DNA from: a virus
DNA: 64,000 nt
Direction: 5' to 3' (one strand)
Virus record (IMG/VR): IMGVR_UViG_3300050821_010639
Location: 64,001 to 128,000 of that record
A model generated the notes under the pieces. That model saw only the letters and a program-made list of their open reading frames with translations, did no database searches and was not told the origin of the DNA. Shown one piece after another: positions 40,789-48,700 of this stretch (position 1 is its first letter; each line of letters begins with the position of its first letter). The position numbers were made by a program, and so were the translations under genes.

Positions 40789-41069
40789 CACGCCACCGCC
40801 ATTTCGCCAGTCAGGCCGCGCTCGGCGAACCACTGGCGGCCGATGACGGCGACGTCCGCGGCCTTGCCGGGCCGGGTGCCGTTGAGCACGTCGTCCAGCC
40901 ACGACTGGTAGGTCTGCCACAGCCCCGGGGTCATCACGGCGGGCAGGAAGCCCAGCCGGTACCAGTTCTTCAGCGTGTCCTCGGACACGTTCAGCACCTG
41001 CGACGCGCGGTCAAAGCGGACAAGCCGGTCCTTCCGGCTGACCCGCGTCGCCTGCCCGTTCGTGTCCAC
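40788..41069 (-). CDS. Xis/MerR-like HTH DNA-binding protein
   Basis: ASQVLNVSEDTLKNWYRLGFLPAV.TPG. Confidence 0.7.
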   Translation of the reverse strand: MDTNGQATRVSRKDRLVRFDRASQVLNVSEDTLKNWYRLGFLPAVMTPGLWQTYQSWLDDVLNGTRPGKAADVAVIGRQWFAERGLTGEMAVA

Positions 41070-41221
41070 TCCCCTGTACTCCTTCAGCCTCTGCCGGAAT
41101 CACCGCGATTCCGCTCACTGTACGGTGAACGGTACAGGTTCGCAAGATGTTCCCCTGACCCCGGATTTCGCCGAAGTAAAATCGGGGCGTACGTGAACTA
41201 TCCGAATAACAGGAGGCTGCG

Positions 41222-41959
41222 GTGCCCCAGGTCCAGCGAAGTGAGCCGATGTGGCGGCAGGTCGCCAGCCACTACAAGGGAATGATCTTGCGCGGTGAGC
41301 TGCGCGAGGGCGACCAGCTCCCGTCGGTCCGCCAGATCCGCGACGAATGGGGCGTGTCCCAGGGGGTCGCCCAGCGGGCGGTAGAGCACCTGCACCTGGC
41401 CGAGCGCCTGGTGGCCACCGGGCCGTCCGGCACCGTGGTGGCCGCCCCCCGGGCCGCGTTCGGACCGCAGCAGCGCATGCGGCTGACCGCCGCGCCGGCC
41501 TCGGAGGTGGTCACCGTCACCTCGGCGGGCCTGGTGCCGGCGCCGGCCTACGTGGTACCGCTGCTGGGCCTGGCCGAGGGAGACCCGGTGATCCGGCGCG
41601 AGGAGGTCACCCGGCGGGCCGACGGCAGCCCGCACAGGCTGAGCGTCACCTGGTGCGCCCCGCAGTACAGCCTGCCCGTGCCGGAGCTGACGGCGGAAGA
41701 GCCGCTGCCTGACCCGCGGGGAGCCGGCCCGCTCATCGCGCAGCGGCTGGAGGTCGAGGCCGGCAACCTGCACGGGGGCGTCGCGTTCGAGGCCCGGCTG
41801 GCGAAAGACGACGGGCGCGAGCTGCCGGCGCTGGGCCTGGCGGCCGGCGCGTTCGTGCTGGCCGGGGTGAGCGGCTGGCGGTACGGGGACGACACGCTGG
41901 AGTACACCGAGTTCGTCCTGCCGGCCGGGCAGGTGGTGGAGGCCGACATCGAGCCGTAG
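41222..41959 (+). CDS. GntR (HutC/UTRA) regulator, KorSA/TraR-like
   Basis: GDQLPSVRQIRDEWGVS HTH plus UTRA-like C-terminus; divergent from the transfer genes. Confidence 0.85.
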   Translation: MPQVQRSEPMWRQVASHYKGMILRGELREGDQLPSVRQIRDEWGVSQGVAQRAVEHLHLAERLVATGPSGTVVAAPRAAFGPQQRMRLTAAPASEVVTVTSAGLVPAPAYVVPLLGLAEGDPVIRREEVTRRADGSPHRLSVTWCAPQYSLPVPELTAEEPLPDPRGAGPLIAQRLEVEAGNLHGGVAFEARLAKDDGRELPALGLAAGAFVLAGVSGWRYGDDTLEYTEFVLPAGQVVEADIEP

Positions 41960-42025
41960 CGTGTAGCCTGCGTGACAAGGAGCTATTGCCACTCGCTTCA
42001 GTTGTGCAAGACCTGGAGCAGCGGA

Positions 42026-42065
42026 GAGCCCCGCCCCTCGCGAGGGGCGGGGCTCTTTTATTTTT
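42026..42065 (+). terminator. Rho-independent terminator
   Basis: AGAGCCCCGCCCCTC/GAGGGGCGGGGCTCT stem followed by T tract. Confidence 0.8.
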
Positions 42066-42340
42066 CCCGGGCCGGGGGTACAACCGTAGCGGGACACGTC
42101 ACCCTCCAGGGGCCCCGCGTCAAGGCAGAGGCGCGGGGCCTTTGTCCTGCCCCCGGCCGATGTACCGGGCATGAAGACGAACGCGGAACTCATCGCCGGA
42201 CTGCAAGCGCTGGACGGGGACCTGCCGGCGCGGGTGCTGGCGGCCGGGCCGGACGGGAGCGTCAGCTCGTACGACATCACGGGCGTCGCCGCCGGGCCGG
42301 CCGACTTCGGGCAGCAGGCCAGCATCAGCATCGGCTTAGG

Positions 42341-42886
42341 TCAGACACCGCCGAACCGCCCGAAGTCCGGTACCGCCGGCGCGTCCAGCCGGGTGAACAG
42401 GTGCGCCACCTCGGCGATGCTGCGGTGCCGGGACGGCGGCGCCACCACCTGCACCCCGAAGTCACCCGGGTACAGCAGCCAGTGCAGGTCACGCAGCGCG
42501 TACCAGTCCGGCAGTTTCCCGGGGTCCCGGTAGTACGACAGCGAGACGTGCGCCCACAGGCCGCCGCCGTCTTCCCGGTGCAGGGAGTGGATCATCTTCA
42601 GGTTCAGGCTGCCGTGCCCCCAGCCGCCCAGGCCGGCGGTGCCCTCGAACGCCCGGCGCCAGCCCGCGGCCTTCAGCCGGCGCTCCTGCCCCGGCGCGTC
42701 CGCCCGGAGGCGGGCCTGCAAGTCCCCGTCCGCCACCGACCGCTCGTAGTAATCCCGGGCCGCGCGCTCCTCGTCAGGGCCCAGCCCTGTGAGCGCGGCC
42801 ATGCCGGCGTTCTCCTGCTCCAGGTGCGCGCGCAGCGCGGCGCTGTTGTCCCTGACCCCGGCCTTGCGGCCTGATGAGCGTCCCAT
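42341..42886 (-). CDS. Hypothetical protein
   Basis: WAHVSLS...LPDWYALRDL pattern seen in phage proteins. Confidence 0.55.
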   Translation of the reverse strand: MGRSSGRKAGVRDNSAALRAHLEQENAGMAALTGLGPDEERAARDYYERSVADGDLQARLRADAPGQERRLKAAGWRRAFEGTAGLGGWGHGSLNLKMIHSLHREDGGGLWAHVSLSYYRDPGKLPDWYALRDLHWLLYPGDFGVQVVAPPSRHRSIAEVAHLFTRLDAPAVPDFGRFGGV

Positions 42887-43407
42887 GGTCTTTTAATACG
42901 CCCGGCGGCCCGGCTCTCTCGCGCTGGATTGTCATGCCGGGGCATGGCTCGCCCCCTACCCCACGATTCGAACAAAATCGAGAGGTGGCGGCCCGTGCCC
43001 CGGCTATGCGTCGCCGTCCGCATGGGGAGAGATGCCCCAAGTCTTCTCCACCAGCCAGGTGCCTTGCAGGTAAGCGGCTCACCCACTCGCAAGGGGCAGC
43101 GGTGCGCCTGCGGCATATCCTGACTAGCCTCGTGCCAGAGCTTAGTCATCTGCTAAACTCCGGTCAAGACAACAGATAGGCACGGAGGTGCACCAGATGG
43201 CCGAGCTTGACCCGGCACTGACCGTTGCCTGCCCGCTTTGCAAGGCGGAGCGCGGCCAGCCTTGCCTCTCCCGCAACGCGGTGAGCGTTCACCAGGCCCG
43301 GCGCAGCGCCCTCCAGGGCCTGACCTCCCGGGCCAACGCGATTCTCCGCAAGGCCGACGGCCCGTCTAAGACCCCGGCCGCGAAGCGCAAGCGCGGGAAG
43401 CGCCGCA

Positions 43408-44064
43408 CTAACCGCCGATCGTAATTTCAGTGCGAAAAACCCATGCGACTCCCGGCTCTTTCACGCCGTAGCCGGCAGGGTGCGACCGCCGGTTAACCAT
43501 GACCGGCTGCTCGCCGGCGTAGGCGCCGCGCAGCGCGTGGTGCGGCTCCGGCGTGAGCGGCCCGGTCGCCCAGCACCACTCGTGCCAGGCGAAGCAGGCC
43601 TCGGACTCAGCGAACGTGGCCTGCCCCCCGATGACGCCCGGCCGCGGCACGTGCGGGTAGCCGGCGTCCATCGGCCGGTACCAGGTCTGCCCCGGTTCCT
43701 CGCCACTGACCGGGCCGAGGTGAACGTGCTCGCGGTCGAACGCGGTGGCGTCCCCGCCCACCCCGAACGCGGCCCGGCCCGCCTCCAGCGCGTGCCCGCC
43801 CAGCCCGGTGAGCAGCAGCGCGAGGTTAAGGGTGCCCCCGACCGTCACCCCGTTGCCCTCGTCGTAGACGGTGCCGCCCTCCGGCTCGCGAAACAGCAAG
43901 CGCATCAGGCTGCCGTGCAGCACGGTCCGCGGAGCCAGGGCGAGCCGCTGCGACCACGGGACCTCGCGGCGCTCGCGCGCGTACCGGACCTGGTCGGGGC
44001 TGTACTTCTCGATCGTGCACACAGGGTGCCAGGTGATGCCGTCACGGGCGAGGGGCGAGGCCAT
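43408..44064 (-). CDS. Diverged paralog of minor tail protein 51132..51815
   Basis: Shared GVG..ATA...HL...WY...ATF....FAW.E...N...G.K...W pattern. Confidence 0.6.
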   Translation of the reverse strand: MASPLARDGITWHPVCTIEKYSPDQVRYARERREVPWSQRLALAPRTVLHGSLMRLLFREPEGGTVYDEGNGVTVGGTLNLALLLTGLGGHALEAGRAAFGVGGDATAFDREHVHLGPVSGEEPGQTWYRPMDAGYPHVPRPGVIGGQATFAESEACFAWHEWCWATGPLTPEPHHALRGAYAGEQPVMVNRRSHPAGYGVKEPGVAWVFRTEITIGG

Positions 44065-44194
44065 GCCGGGGCAATCGTCGCCGCGGCCCTGCTCAGCGCG
44101 GCTGCTTGCATTCAGGCAAGTAACTACATCTTCCGGACGCCCGGTGTTAGTCTCCGGCTTATGCCTGGACGCATCCGGGCAGGGGAGGACAGAC

Positions 44195-44815
44195 ATGGAC
44201 AGGACCAGCCTGCTCGGCAGCCGTAGGATCTCCGGCGACCAGGCGCGCCGGGTGAATTTCCCGTCTCAGGTGCTGGGGGGCTACCGGCCAGGCGACGTGG
44301 AGGCGTTCCGTACCCGGGTCACGGCGGAGCTGGACACGCTGGGCCGGGCACTGGAAGACAGCCAGGCGCAGACACTGGAGCTTGAGCGCGAGGTGGTACG
44401 GCTCAGCGAGGAACTGGCCCAGGTCCGCTCCCACCGGCCGGCCGCGGTGAGCGGCGAGCACGCGATCGACATCCTGAGCGTCGCCCAGGGCCACGCGGAC
44501 CAGCTGGTGGCCGGGGCCAAGCAGGAGGCCGACCGGCTGGTGAGCACCGCCGGGCACGAGGCCCGGCAGATGACCGAGCACGCCCGCCAGCAGGCCGCGG
44601 GCATCATCCGCCAGGCCACTAACGAGGGCGGCGCCGAGAAGGCGCGCATCATCGACTCGGCCACCGCCGAGTCCCGCCGCCAGGCCAGCTTCTACGCCGG
44701 GCTGGCAAGGGCGATGGGCGATGGGCTCGGCGGCCAGGTGGAGACCCTGCTCAAGAACCTGTCGGAGTGGGAGAGCCAGGCCCGGCAGGGCGCCCGGGAG
44801 CCGGCTCCCGCCTAG
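44195..44815 (+). CDS. DivIVA/Wag31-like coiled-coil protein
   Basis: F..VLGGYRPGDVEAFRTRV DivIVA domain, then ILSVAQGHADQLVA.AKQEADR coiled coil. Confidence 0.75.
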   Translation: MDRTSLLGSRRISGDQARRVNFPSQVLGGYRPGDVEAFRTRVTAELDTLGRALEDSQAQTLELEREVVRLSEELAQVRSHRPAAVSGEHAIDILSVAQGHADQLVAGAKQEADRLVSTAGHEARQMTEHARQQAAGIIRQATNEGGAEKARIIDSATAESRRQASFYAGLARAMGDGLGGQVETLLKNLSEWESQARQGAREPAPA

Positions 44816-45044
44816 GCCGGGAGCCGGCTGCTTCCTCGGCCTGGCTCTCCTGCAGCTCCCGTGCCACCCGCGCGGCCTGCTCCCCCTGCAAGGCGGCCAG
44901 CAGCGCCGCCTCGCGCTCCTGGCTTTCCTGCAGCGCCGCCTCGGCGAGGGCTGACCTGGCCACCTCCTCGGTCAGCCGGGCCTTGAGGATGTTGATGACC
45001 CGGATCGGGCTGACCGCGAGTTCTGGCTGCGATGTCGTCATCAG

Positions 45045-45707
45045 CTAGGGGTACACCACCGGGGGAACGACCGTCACGGGGTGCGTCACTTTCTCGTGCA
45101 CGTAGCCGGCCACGACCGCGTACCCGGCCGGGTTGAGGTGCGGGACGCTGGTGACGGGGTTGACGGTCTGCCCGTTGGCGGCGAGCTGCTGGCTGAGCGC
45201 GGTCGGCGTGCCCAGCACGGCCTCCAGGTCGACGGTGCCGTCCTGCCCGTGACCCTGCCTGATCCAGTTGTTCACGTTCTCGCGCTGCGTCTCCCGAATG
45301 GCCGCCAGCCCGGCGATCGGCGGCAGCGTGGCAAGGAATACCAGGTCGCCGGCGGCGTGCGCCGCGGCGATCATCCGCGTGTACCCGGCGACGATCTGGG
45401 ACCCGCCTACGGCCTGCTCGACGTCGTTGACGCCCAGCCACACGACCAGCACGGAGCCGGGCGGCACCGCCGGCACAAGCTGCTCGAACCGCACGGTGCC
45501 GTTGAGCACGTCGTTGACGGACCCGGACGTCACCATGTCGCCGTTGATGCCCTGGTTGGTGACGTCCCAGCCGGACAGCGCCGCCAGCTGGGAGGGGTAG
45601 CTGTCTCCCTCGTAGCCGTTCCCGGCCGGGCCGCTCATGCCGGCACTGGTGCTTGATCCTGAGCCTGCGCCCCAGGTCAGGGAGTCTCCGAAGGACACGA
45701 TGTTCAC
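45045..45707 (-). CDS. SGNH/GDSL hydrolase
   Basis: FGDSLT, NQGING, GVND, HLNPAGY blocks. Confidence 0.85.
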   Translation of the reverse strand: MNIVSFGDSLTWGAGSGSSTSAGMSGPAGNGYEGDSYPSQLAALSGWDVTNQGINGDMVTSGSVNDVLNGTVRFEQLVPAVPPGSVLVVWLGVNDVEQAVGGSQIVAGYTRMIAAAHAAGDLVFLATLPPIAGLAAIRETQRENVNNWIRQGHGQDGTVDLEAVLGTPTALSQQLAANGQTVNPVTSVPHLNPAGYAVVAGYVHEKVTHPVTVVPPVVYP

Positions 45708-48700
45708 GGGCCGAGCCTCTCTATGGTTGCCGCTATGCCGGACACGGAGAAGGTGCCGGTCCCTACCGCGCGCAGGTCCAGTGTCACGGGGCTAGTCGTG
45801 TCGATCGAGATCGTGGTGCCGGCGGCACCGCCGGTCATGGCCATCAGGACGCCCGGGTTCGCGTTGCCGGCCACGTTGGGCGGCGACCCGGTGCCCACCT
45901 CGCCGATCAGCACCCTGTTCTTGACGTAGCAGGTACCGCCTGCGCCTGTTGAGGCGAAGCTGATGTCCGTCTCAGCCTCCCAGTAGAACGTGGCCGGGAG
46001 GCTGCCAGCCGCCGCCTCGGCCTCGTTCACGCCGTTGGTGAACGCCTCCCAGGCAACAGACCCGGAGGTGTACGCGCCGACGCCCCACACTTTCAGCCGG
46101 TACACGGTACCTGGTGACGGGTCGTTCGCCGGGATGGTGAACACGCCGCTGACCGTGGTAGCGGAAGTCGTGTGCGCGGTGCCCGCGGGCGGGACCGGGC
46201 TGATGGACGTAATCAGCTGCCCGTTCCACCCGGCCGCCCCGTTGCGGTAGGCGGCGGTGCCGTTGCCGTCCGCGTAGAAGATCGAGTTGACCGAGTTCGG
46301 GGTGGTCGCCTGGGTAACCATCTCCAGCCCGCCGCCGCCGCCGGAGCCGGAGCCCAGTGTCAGGTTGCCCGCGCTGCTGGCCGCCAGCGTGGTGAACTTG
46401 CTGGAGCTGTTGAACAGGCCGATGCCGGCCGGGTACGCGTTGCCGCTCCCGTCCGAGCCGGGCACCGCCGACACGCTCAGCACCAGGTTGCCGGAGGCCG
46501 GCACGGCGCTGTAGACCAGGAACTCGCCGCTGGACCCGTCGGCGATAATGGTCGCCCCGGTGACGGTCGTTCCGTCGATGATGCCCGCGACGATGATGCC
46601 GGCCGCCAGCTTCGCCGCGGTGATGGTGCCCGCCGCGATCTGGCTGGCGGTGATGGTGGAGGCGGCGATCTGCGCGGCGGTAATGGTGGAGGCGGCGATC
46701 TGGCCAGCCGTGATGGTGCTCGCCGCGATCTGGCTGGCGGTAATAGTGCTGGCCGCGATCTGCGCGGCGGTGATGGTGTTCGCCGCGATCTGGTTGGCGG
46801 CGACCGAGCCCGCCGCGATGAGCTGGCCCGGCACCTGGCCGGCGGCGACCGCGCCGAGCACGTAGACGGTGACGCCGGAGGCGGTCGGGCCGATGACCTG
46901 GTAGGCGCTGGTTACGCCGGGCGGGCAGGCCTGCACGGTGGTCAGCGGTACCCAGGTAGTCGGCGGGACTGAGATGGTGGCCGTGCCGGACGTCCAGTTG
47001 AACCCGATGGCCACGTTCACCGCGGAGCCGCCCGGGTTGTAGGCCCAGGCCGTCATCACGTACGGCTGGCCAGGGGTCACCGGGAAGGGCGCGGTCGACC
47101 CGCTGATGAGGCAGTTCGCTGAGGTGGAGACGACCCGGGCGGCGAACTGCGCGGCCCCCGGGGCCCCGGCGGGCGGGGTGGCGGCGGACAGCGAGCCGTT
47201 GGTGACGAACCAGCCGGTCAGGTCCCCGCCGTTGAAGAACGGGTTCGGGTTGAGCGCGTTGCCCGCGCTGTTGCCGATGAGGCTGGCCGGGAGCTGGCCG
47301 GTAAGCAGCGAGGTCGGCACCGAGGCGGCTACGGCGGATGCCTGGGCGGAGGGGGTGGACGCGATCCCGGCGGTGCTGACCGCCACCAGCTTGACGAAGT
47401 ACGTGGTTCCCGCGGTCAGCCCGGAGACGGTCAGCGTCCCGCCGGCGGTCAACGTGCCCACCTGTGTCGCCGGGCTGGGCGTGAAGCCCGAGGTGCCGCT
47501 GACGTGCACCTGCGTGTACTGGAAGTTGGACAGCGGCAGCGCAGCGGCCAGCAGGCCGTCCCAGGACACGACCAGGCCCTGCACGATGCCCGCCGCCGCC
47601 GGGGTGTCCGGAGCCGCCGGAGGGGCCCCTCCGGCGTCTACAGAGGTAACTGTGCCGTCGCCCTGCAGCCCGGTCGTGGTCGAGCCGCCCGGTGCGCTCA
47701 CCACCACGGTGGTGTCCCCGACCACGACCGAGCCGCCCGGCGTCTGGATGGTGACCGGGATCATGTTCCCGGTCACCGGGTCGGTGGTGCCGGCGTGCTG
47801 GTACTGGCCGGTGGCCGGGTTGTAGACCAGCGGCGCGCTGGACATGGTGGACCCGGCGCTGTTGCCGGCGACGTCGGCCAGGCCCTGCAACGTGGCGGCC
47901 GGGGTGAAGTAGGTGGGCACCTGGCCGGTGCCGTACTTGGACGGGGCTACCGGGCTGGTGCCGAGCGCGTTGACGAACTGCCCGCCCAGCTTGTTGGCCA
48001 GGTAGGTGAGCTGCTCGGCCAGCCACTGGATGTAGCTCAGGAAGGTCAGCTCGTGCGTCTCGGCGCCGGTGTTGTCGACCTGCACCGCGATGCCCACCAC
48101 GCGCACCGCGTCGGTAGCGGAGAAGTCCGGGCGCTCCAGGCCCACCCAGTCCCCGACGTCGAAGTTGTCGAAGATCGTCTTGCCCGGGACGTTGGGCACC
48201 AGGCTGAACGTCCAGCTGACGACCTCGGTCTCGTTCTGCGCGAGCGCGGAGGCACTCGCGTACGCCATCGACACCGGGTCCACCTGGACCGCGGCCTGGA
48301 ACCAGGTCTCGCGCTGCCCCCACTGGCTGATGAAGGCGGGGCTGGAGGCGGAGATCTCGTGCCCGTCGGCGTTCTCCCCGCCCAGCAGGGTGGTGATCTG
48401 GTTGCGGGCCCGCACCCGCTGCTTGCTGGCGACGTCGTTGCCCTCGCGCAGGATGAGGTAGCCCGAGCGGTCCACGCCGAGGGCTACCTGCCCGGTCGCC
48501 GGCTGGCCCACCCGGAGCTGGAACCCGGGGTCCATCACGTAGTCCGCGTTGACCACCGAGGTGGCCGACTGGAGCAGGGAGTACATGTCGGTGCCGTTGA
48601 CCGCCTGCACGTTCTGCGTGTCCGTCCAGGCCCGGCCGTAGGTGTCGGCCGCCGGGGTGACGTTGGAGGTGACGAACGGGATGGTGCCGCGGGCCTGCGC

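Noticed and set aside
42960-42980. GTTCGAATC as part of a tRNA
   Set aside because: No cloverleaf could be built; no tRNA genes were recognised in the window.
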